A stretch of DNA of 64,000 nt. Source: Euprymna scolopes (taxonomy: Eukaryota). The notes under the pieces were generated by a model, which made no database searches, had not been told where the DNA came from, and worked only from the letters and a program-made list of their open reading frames with translations. Below, in pieces: positions 50,514 to 63,224 of the stretch (positions are counted from its first letter, which is position 1; the number at the start of each line of letters is the position of its first letter). The stretch lies in assembly GCA_053919585.1 (NCBI GenBank), contig CM132804.1. One strand, written 5' to 3'. The translations under genes were made by a program, and so were the position numbers.

Positions 50514-53069
50514 TTATTGTACAGAATGTACGTTTTCAAGTTTCACAATAAGTAGAGACATTTTCTTTTATTTAGTCTTCATTTACATATCTATCCATTC
50601 GGTTTATGGAGAAATGTTCAAATTAAATTTGTGATTTCAAAATCGAATCTTTGCTAATGAATATATTTATTTATTTGCTTTTCTGTTTCATAACAAACAA
50701 TATTTACCTGGTCTTTCAATCTTTTAAAATGCTTTCACTGTTTTAGCTTAATTAATGGGATAAAAAGTAGAATGTTGATCCTACCCATAAGTAATATGTG
50801 TGAGGGGTCAATTTTTAATTTAGTTGTATTCTATTATGTCTACATTATTTATTTTGTTTAAATAAAAGCAAATGTCATTTTCTAGTTTAAATATTTAAAT
50901 TGATAAATCCTCTCATAATACTTACTTCGTGTTTCACGTTTTTCCTCGTCTTTCAAATTTGATGGGAACATTGTTTATTTGTTCCCCTGGTTTATTCACC
51001 TACATTTCTGCTTTGTGCCAGACTTTCTGTGATGGCAGCGAGGTAAATAACGAGTCCAGCAGCAGAAGTCATCTGTAAGTAGTCTTAAGAGGTTTACTAT
51101 TCCAGGATTTGCCTTCCTTCTTTGGAAAGGAGTTAGGGTAAATGTTAAAAAAGGATATTTCAGTTCATTTTTATAGACGAACGTTGATAGCATTTTGTCA
51201 AATAAAGATTCGATTATGAGATTTAATTTTAAACATAATTAGCTATTATACCAATAAAAACTTTCCCATATCTAGATAAATTGATTTTTTAAAAACAGTC
51301 CTAAACGATAATGTATTCTTCCTTCCTTTATTCTTAATGTTCCGTTTTCTCTTGTCTAAATGCCTTCGATTGAATGCCTTTACCATTAAACCGGCAAAAT
51401 CTTTGCCAGTTGCAAATAGATAATTATTTTGACTTCAAATCACTGTGTCTATTTCTGCGCTTTTAGACATTATCTAAACTGGATTTAAACCCTTCAATCT
51501 CACCTTACCACCATCTTTGAATCCTAATATGCACTAATATTTTATTTTTCAACCTTAGCTCAGATCATTTCTTCTAATTCAAATTAATTCAAAAATTGAG
51601 CAGATACTCATTGTCTTGCAAAATACATCTCCAAATTCTAATGAATAGGGGAATTGTATCCTTAAACGTTAGCAACTCTTATTTAAGTGATGTATTCAAT
51701 ATCTATAATTTCAATATGTTCACATCTACTATAAATTAGTCCATATTTCTATTTATACTAAATTATAAACAATTAATTCATCACAGCTTATACTTTACTC
51801 CCAGTTATATCTTTACTGAATTCTGCTTCAAATCATACTACTATATTCTGTATTAAGTAGATATATTTTATTACCCCTCTTATCGTCACAAATATTCAGA
51901 GTTCGTGCATCAAATGTTTTAATTCTTATTATCAATTAAGTCATACCTTAACATGCTATCCTATTCCTAAACTAACATATAAACAATATTTTAACCATAT
52001 ATTAACTCCTCTCTCTCAGACCAACCAGTTGCAAATTTAGCTGCTTCCACCGCAAGAATTTTTACTTGCAAATTTAACTGCTTCCACCGCATGAATTTTT
52101 ACTTACCCCTTTTCCAGTAACAATGAAATGGAAAGCATAGTAAAGTCCTTTTCAATTTTGGAGGAGTGTAACTTTTCAGTAGATAGATAACGTTTAGCAA
52201 CTAACCCAATAAATATTACCTACCCATGCGGGGTCGCAAAAATACCTTGTTTAGGACCTAGGCACGGGGCTAACCCTCTCGGTGCTGATGGATCCGTAGA
52301 TATTCTCAGGTCATCCGTCTAGGAGAAGGAAAACTCTGAAGTTAAACCTGTGCTACTGACGCTTCTTGGAACAAGATAAAGGGAGAAGCCTCTTCAGTCC
52401 TGGTCGGCGGCCTTCCTAGAACTGGTGACTCGAACAAATTACCGTTTTTCAAACCTAAACTGCTAAAGGAGTAGATAGGCTCTGTCTATCGCCCGGATTT
52501 CATACTCCTTCTTTGCCTATTAGCCAAGCGCTGAGATATGATCACAGGGATTCAAAAGAAACACTCAATGGTTGACCTTGTTTTCTGACTAAAGTAATGA
52601 ACGCTATTCCCCATCCGCCACATTCCCATCCCCTAAAACTGAGCCCTTTGGGAGTGCTTATGTGCCATATATGCCAATGCAATTGGATTTGGTTGATTTT
52701 TGTCTGACGGGTTGAGGGTACCAATTTGACAGTTACTGGTTGTTGTTTCCGACTGAGAGTACAGGTACCCTAACTATTTGGTAGCGCTTAGATCGGCTGC
52801 TCCATCATCAGTTGTATAATATCAGAGAGTTGTAGTGCTATGCTGCGCATGGAAAGAGACCCTGCAGCCATGTCCGTGGGCTTTTCCGATGCCACAATCC
52901 TGTAGATGAAGAATCTGCTGATGGTCTGCATATGCTGCATATTTAGTATTCTGCACAACCACTTTGTCTAGAACCTCCCACCCTTTAAACTGAAATTTTA
53001 AAATTAAATAAAACGGCAGTTCAATGAGAAATTACGATCGGCCCAGGCGTAAACTCAAACAAAACCAAT

Positions 53070-54112
53070 TTGCCTCCTCTCTTGAACCTTGCATTCACGA
53101 ATATCTGCGGGCTTAGAAATAATTTAGACGATGTTGAATCATTTCTCCTAGCAAACATATTCTTAAATGATCTCACTGATAAACTTGTTTCTTAGTTGGG
53201 TATATTTGCTGATGACATCACGCTCTATAACAGACAGGAGGGGGAAACAAATGAACACATATCTAAGACAATGACAAAAACACTAGAGGATTACCTCCAA
53301 TCTGTAGTGAAATGGGGATAAAAATGGATGGCCACATTTAATACTGCCAAGACTAAGCTTGTTTCTTTCAATAATTAAAAGAAATCTGAACCACCAATAG
53401 CTTTAACTAAGGATACATTACCTAAAAATCCTTCTTTCAAACTCCTCGGCTTAACGTTCACAAGGAACATGAGTTGGAACAGATACATCGAGAGCATTGC
53501 CAAGGCTGCTGAGAAGAAAGCGGGCTCTCTCTACCGTGCTAGAAAGTTACTTACGCTTGAAAGTATCCTGTACCTCTACAAGGCCACCATTTGCCCATAT
53601 ATGGAGTACTGTTGCCACATTTGGGCTGATGCCTCTGCTACTAATATCTCACTCCTGGACAAGGTACAAAAAAGAGTCGTCAACCTGATAGGTCTTGAAC
53701 TGTAATCTAAGCTTCAACCTCCGTCCCATCGGCGAAATATTGCACCCCTCTGCTTGTTTTATAAGTATTTTAATGGTGGATGCTCCGACAAACTACTAGT
53801 CCTTGTACCCCCTCGACATAAATACTCCCTACAAACCCGACAAGCAGCAAATTCCTATCTCTATACAGCAGAGATCCCTATATGTAAGAAAGGTTCCTAC
53901 TCTAATAGTTTCTTCCCCAGAACTGTGGACTTTTGAATTCGTCTCCGGTCTCTTGCTTTCTCAATTGTACTGACACAGGTCAGAAGTTCAAGTGTAATGT
54001 GAACAAACATTTTGCTGCTAAACTTCCTTCATAGTATCCCTGCAACCCGTGTCCCCGATAGTAGGCCCCTACATCAAAGTGGCACTCTGCCTTGTCTGGG
54101 TTGAAAATGTAA
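53070..54112 (+). mobile_element. CR1-group LINE family A, internally deleted
   Basis: LNLAFTNICGLRNNLDDVESFL (APE start) joins FLNDL..FADDITL, then CPYMEYCCHIW and the family A 3' UTR. Confidence 0.85.
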
Positions 54113-54794
54113 TAAGAAATATATTAAAATTCGCCTGCAAATCCTCACAGACTGAACAAGACAAGTAGAATACATGCAGTCACATAGAAAACCCCATCGA
54201 TAAACAGTGAAAATCTACAAATACGCAAATATTCTCACACACACTAAATAAACACATACATATTTTGTAAGGTTACACACATTTACACGCGCGTTAAAAT
54301 TTAGACACTCGAAACCCAACATTTTATGGGAGAGTACGTCGCAAGGAATATAGGACAAGTAGTAACTCTCCAGTTTTTCTAAGAACGATATTAATTTCTG
54401 CGCACTTGTGTTCATAAGAGACTCCTGGTAGGAGGCTAAACAATGAATTTGGCCAGAAAACGTGATTAAGGGACACGTGCGGAATTTTTGTGTGATGAAA
54501 GACGAGAAACAAACAAAAAATGATCACAAGTCTATGAGAGGCCGGAAGATTACGTCAAATCGAGTGACCACATTCTTGCTAAACAATGTGATTGGAAGTC
54601 GTCATTGTAGGCCACATAAGAAGACACAAGACAACAGCAGCACAAGTGGAGAGCTACACACCACCAACTAACCCCGTCATGCGGCAGATTCGTCAATCTG
54701 TTATTAATAACTTTAATGTACAGAAATAAACAACGAATATGTTTATAGTCAAGCTGCGTGTGTTCTCTATTCCACTGATGAGTGTTTAAATATT

Positions 54795-54897
54795 TTAAAA
54801 TTAAATTGTTATTTTGAAATTAAATTTTTATTTTGAAATTAAATTGTTATTTTGAAATTAAATAGTTATTTTGAAATTAAGTTGTTATTTTTAAATT
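54795..54897. repeat. 20-bp tandem repeat
   Basis: ttttgaaattaaattgttat, about 5 copies. Confidence 0.85.
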
Positions 54898-56774
54898 ATA
54901 CTTATACGAAATTGACGATCAGCCATCCTCATCAACATTTCATCATCAGACTTAAATATAACACTAGCCGAATAAAATATGATCGAGCTCCTTCTTTTTG
55001 GCCCTTATCTTCTTGAACAGTCCGCGGTCTGCACACACGTTATTTTTATATCCTTAGCTTTTTTTTTCTTACGGTGACGTCATTTCGCACTCGAATCGGC
55101 ATCTGCATACAGCCGTCATTGTCTGCTACAATATTACAAAGAGGATACTCTCGCTACGGAAAGATGAGGAAACATATTCGTAGTATTTGACTGCAATCCA
55201 TTCTGCGAATGAAGGAGCGAACTCTATTTGCTAAACCTTATGTACCAGTCGAGGTGTAGCATAATGCGGATGCATGTATGTAAATGCATGAGAATTAACG
55301 TCAACGAGAAAAAGACTATGAAATAAGGACAAACATCTCGACAAAGACGAAATAACGTTCGAAATCTCGTGAGACTTGAGGAGAACGTTCTAGATCACAA
55401 GGGTTACGCCACAGCTCTAACGACAAAAAAAATCTTGATTAAAAACCCACAAAGCGAATCGTAGTTGTTCTTTTGTCCACTCTGTGATCGATGCCACGAC
55501 GTGTATACAAGTCTACAACGTTACAGAGGTCCTATCCTTGACAATTATTCCGACAGAGTTTAAGCCAATTCTGTGGCATTTTAGCTGTCCAGCTGAGCAA
55601 TTAGTCCTAAGTAGTCTTAAGAGGTCCACCATCCCAGGGTTTGTCACTCTTCCTTGGAATAGACTTTGTTTATTACTACAGTCTGGACGTCCATAGTGGG
55701 AAATGCACATGGAACTTCCCAGGCAATTTATAAGAGGCCAAAGTGCCACTAAATCTAAGATGTTGGCTTATCTATATCACTTTCCAGCCATGTGCCACAT
55801 TTTCCTGCGTTTGGAAGTTAAATATCGAGTCAAAGAGCAAACACTATTTGCTAACACAGTCTATGCCAATCAATGATCCGTCAATGAAAATCAATCCGAC
55901 ATAAACTAGGCCATTTCGCTTGTCCGTTGTAGAATTAATCCTACGTAGTCCTCTAAGGTTCACCGTCAAAATCTTTGCCTTCAGTTTTTGGAAACGTTAG
56001 TTGCTAACTTTCTGAGGCATCACCACTACAGAATTCGCAGTCCTTCTTTAAAGTTTGGCGGGCCAATGTTCAAACTTTTTGTTCGAGTGTAAAAAGAAAT
56101 TCACCATAGCTGCTAACGTTTTCAACTCCCATGTGACGTCTACATTTAAAAAAAATCGTTCTGTGAATTTATTGATAAATGCCATTAAAATCGTTAAAAA
56201 AAAACACTTGAATGTACCCTCTCTCTTCCTTCATATTGAGCCGACACTCCGAAAAATAAATTCAGAAATGATAATAAAAATACCGCCATTTTAGCCGTCT
56301 CACATTGTAACCTGTGCATCCCCGCCAGAGAAGTTTTACTCATTTGCATAAACAAACCGACCACCAATCAGGCGCACAAATGGTACCCAAATATTACCAA
56401 TATTCCTGTCTCCTCTACCCTTACATTATCCCAACCTTAACAGATAAAGAATAAACTCAAACTCGCAACGTAGCTATTAATCGTAATGTTATTTATTTTT
56501 CTTCTCGTTCTCCTGGAAGTAAAATGGCATAACGACCGAGATTTGACATTTCCGGTTGGGAGTGTGTTCGTCAGCGGTTCATTACCGAAATCAATCCCCG
56601 CATTATTATGTTAAGGTTTTGTTAACTATTCTTACATAGCATTATTGTTTAGAAAGACATAAACTGGGCCATTGTTTAGAAAGACATAAACTAGGCCGGG
56701 AGTTTTATTAAAATGTTTATTTGAGTTTATATAAAATACAAAACACTCCAATTATAATGAATACTTAAAAATAA

Positions 56775-57825
56775 AAAAGTCAAGTATCGTGCTGAAATTG
56801 TGCTTGAAACAAATAACATTAATGCGGGAGTGCCTCAGGGGTCGATCCTTGGACCATTATTATTCCTGATAATCATAAATGACGTCAATGATAATATTGT
56901 GTCCATGATGGGCATATTTGCTAATGATACAACGCTTTATAATATGTATGAAGGGAGAACAGATGTACATAAATAAAGACAATAGCAGAATCGTTAGAAA
57001 ATGATGGCCAGACTACAGTGGAATGGGGCAGCAAATGGATGGTAACATTTAATGCTAAAAAAACTAAGCTGCTCTCCTTTAACAATTACAAGACGCCTCT
57101 CCAAACCTCTATATCCATGACAAATAACACCCTACCTGAGAATTCTACCTTCAAACTCCTCGGCCTAATATTTGCGGGCAATATGAACTGGAACAAATAC
57201 ATAGATGACATTTCAAAGTCTGCTGCAAAGAAGGTGGGTTCTCTCTATCGAGCTAGAATACTACTAACACTTGAGAGTATCATGTACCTCTACAAGGCCA
57301 CAATTCGCCCATGCATGGAGTATTGTAGCCACATCTGGGCTGGTGCATCTACCATTAGTCTCTCCCTGTTAGATAGGTTCCAAAAAGAGTTGGCAATCTA
57401 ACCAGTCTCTCTTTTTCGACTAAGCCGCAGCCCCTGTCCCATCGCGGCAATGTTGCATCACTGTGCCTGTTTTACAAATATTTTAATGGAATGTGTTCTG
57501 ATGAACTCGTTTCACTTGTACCCCCTCGACGTACATATCCCCCACAAACTCGCTTAGCAACAAGATCTCACCCCTTCACTGTTGATGTCCCTAAATGCCA
57601 GAAAGCTTTCTATTTCAGTAGCTTCTTCCCTGGAACAGCAGGACTTTGGAATTCCCTTCCTGCTGCCTGCTTCCCTGGCTGAAGTGATATGCAGACGTTC
57701 AAATGTAACATGAACAAATAGGTTGTTAATCTTTCCTAGACATGACCCCAAATAGTAGCCCCTCATGTCCAAGTGACGATATGCTTTGTAAGGGGTGAAC
57801 ATGAGTAAATAAATAAAATAAAATA
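56775..57825 (+). mobile_element. CR1-group LINE family A-related RT and 3' end
   Basis: [42 protein letters not shown] motifs and a (TAAAA)n tail. Confidence 0.9.
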
Positions 57826-58185
57826 AAACATTCATTTCGAACGCGCCCCTGTCATATCAAAGAACCTACTGTTGCTTTTATATGTCAGGCCTTTCAGTCT
57901 GTGTGGTAATAAAAGTTTTCAAATCCACTCAGGATGTAAAGCTGCGTAGTGGTCAAAATCGCTTGTTCTATCTTTCATCGGATTACTTTGATTAGCGATT
58001 ATTGATACTTATCAAAGACATTCTGATTCAAAACACATTTAAGAACACTGTCAGGCAGATAAAGTATATTCGTGTAAAATTTCATAAAAAGTGGTTCAGG
58101 CGTTTAAGAGTTCATAGGGAAATAACTCACAGACACATAGAAACATAGACATTGCTCCTTTTATATAATAGTAGAGATAGAGATA

Positions 58186-58612
58186 TCTATAATATAAATC
58201 TTACTTGTCTGTTTAAATGTATGTATGTATGTATGTATGTTTGTCTGATTTAAACTTTTGACAGAAGCGACGGATTTTAACGAGATTAGTATTGTTTTGA
58301 AGCTTGACCTTTCGAACGACGAATATCGAAAAATTGGCTAAAAGCATTAACTGGGCAGTTTTCTACAGGGAGGGACCGCTTTTTCAGTGATATTTTCGAA
58401 AGGCATTTCCCGCTTTTCGATTGACTAGCCTTCATTTAAACCTTCGCCACTTCCGGTTTAGCGATGGATGCAACGGCAAAGACGTCACGTTTTTTTTTTC
58501 ACGTTATTCTCCTCCTTGACGTTACGGGTTCGAGCCTGCCTGCCTACTACCACTTTTTTTTTGCTCAACACACACCTCCAAACATCCGGACAACGCCGGG
58601 CACCCCAGCTAG
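58186..58612 (+). mobile_element. Complete non-autonomous Helitron (family H2)
   Basis: A|TCTATAATATAAATC start, hairpin ccggacaacgccgg, CTAG|T at 58609-58612. Another Helitron-like 5' end faces away at about 58080-58177. Confidence 0.85.
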
Positions 58613-59985
58613 TTTGTAATGAATTTCCAAATTTCCATTGAAAAAAAATCCATTTTCACAATGTTTCATGTGCCCAAGATTTTACGTCTAAAAAACACAG
58701 AGAACTGATTTTCATAATTTACTGGTGACTAATCTCAGTCGCTATGTCGTAGTATACTTCTCAATGTAATGAGAGAAAGGTAAAATACAAGCAAAAAAAA
58801 AAAAAACTAGAGAAAAAAAAACGATTTCAAGTGAGAAAAAATCTATATATGACCTCTTCGGGAAGAGAGGTCGATTTTTGCAGCCGCTATTGTTCGTTCA
58901 TGTCGAATAGGAAGAAAACCGTCGTTTTTCTTCTGCAGAGTTCCGGTTCCGGCATCGTGTAGAGAGAACAAATAATCAGGTAAAATAAATAAATAATGTA
59001 ACAATTCCAAAATCGTCCGATCAAGAGGGAAGGAAAAATATCATAAAAACAGATAAAATGTACTAAATAATACGTCATTATTTGGATTCATCGGACTACT
59101 ATTATCATCTTTTTACAATGTTTCAGTCGGGCTTCTTCAGGTGTGTATATTATTTAATTGAAATTCGTGGCGCAGTGGATAGAGACGTTGAATCTATACG
59201 ATTCCAGGTGAGAATTGTCTGAAGATATCGGTTTCAATACTACCCCAAGCCGGCCAGAGGTTTACTTTGCTAAAAAAAAAAACAATAGTTAGAAGAATCC
59301 AAATAATAAGAACTAGCTGGACATGTGGAAATTTCACAGGGGACTCTTTCATATGTAATATATTGACAAGAATAAAAAAGCATTGGAAATGCAAAAGGAT
59401 ATAGGGATGGTATGGCAAAAAGTATCCAAAGAAGATTGCTATGAATGGCTAGGCACATGGAAATAGAATTGCATCCAAAGTATAACCCTATAGCTTTTCT
59501 CCAATCTTCATTCCGTGCCATCATTACGGTTGTAAAAAGCTATAGGGCTATACTTTGGATGCAATTCTATTTCTATGTGCCTAGCCATTCATAGCTATCT
59601 AGTTTGTATACTTTTTGGCATACCATCCCTATATCCGTTTGCATTTCCAATGCTTTTTTATTCTTGTTAATTAGTATTTTTACTTACAGTCTTATTTTTA
59701 AACTTACATTCATGATAGTATTGTCTTTTTTAGGAGGCGGCTCATTGCCGCCTCCATTAGTAGCAGGTCGCTTCCTGCTGGGTTTTAGGTCTTTGGGTTT
59801 TGGGCCTTAGGAGTTGCCTCTTGGTCCTCCATCGGTTCTATATTACATAGAGAGTGCTACCGCCTCTCTGATAAAACAGTTAGAGTATTATAAAGTTCTA
59901 AAATGTTCATACCTTCACTATTAAATTTTTCTTGGTTCATTCTTTGGCGTTTTAGCAAAGATTTGGCAGTTTTTGATATTTATAT

Positions 59986-60565
59986 TTATAATAGTTTGTG
60001 CATGAGGCAGCTTTTTCCCCTTGGGATCCCTGTTATACTGTGCTTTTGAGTCAGCACATGAGGCAGCCTTCTTTTTTTCTTGTTCTTTGTTATAAAGAGC
60101 ACGTGAGGCAGCTTTTTTCCCTCGGAATCCCTGTTATACCGTGCTTTTGAGTCAGCACGTGAGGCAGCCTTCTTTTTTTCTGGTTCTTTGTTATAAAGAG
60201 CACGTGAGGCAGCCTTCTTTTTTTCTGGTTCTTTGTTATAAAGAGCACGTGAGGCAGCTTTTTTCTCCTCAGAATCCCTGTTATACCGTGCTTTTGAGTC
60301 AGCACGTGAGGCAGCCTTCTTTTTTTCTGGTTCTTTGTTATAAAGAGCACGTGAGGCATTTTTCCCCCTCGGGATCCTTGTTATACCGTGCTTTTGAGTC
60401 AGCACGTGAGGCAGCCTTCTTTGTCTCAGGATTTGCATGATACTTAATTTTTATTATTTCAGCATTTTTCTGATAGTATTCTTTTTGCTCAGATAATACC
60501 TTGACTTTGTTTTTTTCATAGTCTATATTTCGCTGAGTTTTTTTACTACGTGCTGACTTTGGCAT
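59986..60565 (-). pseudogene. Frameshifted basic repeat-protein ORF (KKKAASRALYNKEPE / AASRADSKARYN)
   Basis: ORFs 60338..60565 and 59986..60438 overlap in different frames and are built from alternating 39-bp and 51-bp units. Confidence 0.6.
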
Positions 60566-61127
60566 TTTTTATTAAATGTAAACATATAACACTTATGTGT
60601 ATCTTACTATAATATCACTTATCTTATAGCAAGACAACTCTCGTAGAATTGACATACTGCCCCGTCACCAATAGTTAAAGTGTGGAACGGTATATACACC
60701 AATAGTGTAGTTGTTATCTTTATATGAAGTCCTAATCAGTGACAGTGTGAGGTTACTTGGTTAATTTATTGTAGTTTATTTTAAAAAACTTACTTGTTTT
60801 TATTAGTAGATCGTGTATAGAAGCCACAATATCTAGGGCTTTGATTTTGATTCTTTTTGGTCAGCTTCCAGTGAGTTCTTAGAAGATGACTTTCTTGCAG
60901 TTTCTTTTGCGGTTAATTTAACTTATTTCCTTTGGCGTTTGGTGAGTTCTTAGAAGAACTGGTCTGATCTACCTTTCTTAGCGAGCGAAGAGATTAAGCT
61001 GCATTTAACAATGGTTGCTATAGTGTATTTTTGCGCATGCGTGAGAATTTCAAGTTTCCTCCTTATTTTTCAATAGTTTGACAGTAGTCATGTGTCTTTC
61101 TGCCAAGAGCGACAGACGTCAGTGTTA

Positions 61128-61200
61128 GCCGTGATCATCTAGAGGTTAGTACCCCCACGTTGTGGCCGTGCTAACCTAGGTTCGAATCCTGGTCACAGCA
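61128..61200 (+). tRNA. tRNA-His(GUG), probably pseudogenised
   Basis: GCCGTGA...TCACAGCA cloverleaf, anticodon GTG at 61162-61164, B box GGTTCGAATCC, T4 at 61207-61210. Acceptor, D and anticodon stems have mismatches. Confidence 0.85.
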
Positions 61201-62224
61201 TTGACATTTTATACATATTTTACAGTCCAAAATCTGAAGAATTATTTGTTTTTATAACATTGTTTTTTACATCGTACTTGCTGATAGGTTACTCTTATAA
61301 CAATTTTGATCAACTGAGATAAAGATTTCGTGGTTTCATTAACGCTGGTGGTTACTGTTTAAAGAAAAAACCTTAACGTTCACCTCAAATATTCAGCGTC
61401 CAAGAAATATAGGCCACTGGCAAACTGGAACGTCTGTGAGCATCCGGTGTATTATTTGGAGCTGTCCCTTTTGAGAGAAGTTCCGTGTTCGAAGTGGTCT
61501 GTCTACATTGGGTATATAGTGTTTAAAACTTGTTATTACACGTAATCTCATTTAATTATGGAGTTAGCTAAAAAGCGATGGGTCACTGCACTTCTCCGTG
61601 TAAAGAGCAGTCGACGATTGATGCTTGAACTGTTGTCAGAGACCGTTCGTACACCGAGATACATCGTCTCAAATGAAAGAAGAAAGAAGAAGAACAAAGA
61701 AGAAAGAAGAAAGAAGAACAATTGGCCATTTTTGTACCCTTTTTTTTTTTTGCTCTCTTTTGACATTTTAACCGACGTTCTGACACTCGCTGGATTCGTA
61801 AGACGCTTCTCTGTAAGAATATGTGCTTTTTGAAACTTATACGTTGATTTTAGTTGAGATTTGGATAGTTTTGTTTTGTAGGCGTATATAGGCGTGTACG
61901 GGCCATCCCTATATAGAGAGTGCTACCGCCTCTCTGATATTGGCACTCTGTAGATGTTCAGCGTAAATGGAAATGCTCTGATATTATTGTAGCTTTTTTG
62001 TTAAAACTGCAAAAGTATTTATCTAATATAGCACAAATGCCATGTTAAGCCCGGTCGGAAAGTACGCTTGAATATGATATTTTAATTCTTGCAGATTTCG
62101 TCTATATTATTATAGAGTTAATGTTCTATCGATTTTTATATGTTATAAAACTGCTATGTCAAAAAAAAATATATATATATCTATATGACTTGGGTCCATT
62201 AGCTTGAATCGAAACCGAAATAAA

Positions 62225-62283
<59 letters not shown>

Positions 62284-62947
62284 CTTGACTTCCTTCAGCC
62301 ATAAACGAAACCAAAACCAAGACTTATGAAGAATTCTTGATAAAATTATTTATTAAAAATAATAGATGATTTAAGTGCCATCAGCTATAATCGAAACCGA
62401 AACCAAAACTTATGAAGAATTCTTGATAAAATTATTTATTGAAAAATAAATAGATTGTTTAAGTGCCATCAGCTATAGTCGAAACCGAAACCAAAACTTA
62501 TGAAGAATTCTTGGTAAAATTATTCATGACAAGAAATAGAACATAACAATTAAACGACCCGGATGTAAGCGTGACACACAAAAGAACACACACGCAATCG
62601 AATTAATATATAGATAACCAATCTTTACCTGAAAAAGTCAGAAACATAAGGCGAAATTAATATTAAAAACTTAACAGTGCCAAACCAACAAAAAAGTACG
62701 TACTACTTGGACAATTCTCACTACTGTTTCTATTTTAGGGTTTATTTTTATAACTTTTCCTCAGAGTAACCTCAGACATTTTTCAGGTGTATCTTGTCGA
62801 ACTCAGGAATTTTTTCTTGAACTAGTGGATCTTTCTCTTGATGCCCGGATTTTTGTACGGAATTTCAAACGAAACCCTTTATTTAATCCATGGAGTTATC
62901 ATGATCTCGCTCTGTCAATCATGACCAGAAGAAGTCCTAAGTAATTT

Positions 62948-63224
62948 GGTCCTGGATATGACCTTAAACTATATCCAGTGGTGAGGCCCCAACTTGTTGG
63001 CTTTGGGGTGTGTGGAGCTACCCTTTAATTGCCATTGCTCCCAGATCCACTCTGATCCAGAGTGGTAGTACCTGCTAGGGTCCCAACTATGGGTTAAATA
63101 GAAACCGAGTTGAAAACAACAAATATATTCTATCAAAAAAATTTTCTTCAAAATCTTTGGATTCGGAATTAAATAAGCTGAAAAGGGTTGATATGCCGTA
63201 AAACAAAAATAACTAACCAACCAA
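62948..63224 (+). mobile_element. SINE-like repeat with (AACC)n tail and TSD
   Basis: 12-bp TSD cctaagtaattt at 62936-62947 and 63225-63236. Confidence 0.85.

Larger units (their letters stand above)
59367..61937 (-). mobile_element. Helentron/Helitron2-like element
   Basis: 5' TCAGAGAG..CTCTCT hairpin, subterminal inverted repeat TATAGGGATGG (61903-61913 versus 59400-59410), 3' hairpin GCATTtccAATGC, CTTG end, no TSD. Confidence 0.7.
59313..62614 (-). mobile_element. Helitron family H1 copy interrupted by a 2.57-kb insertion
   Basis: CTAG at 59313-59316 and 5' TC at 62614. H1 sequence breaks after 59366 and resumes at 61938. Confidence 0.85.
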
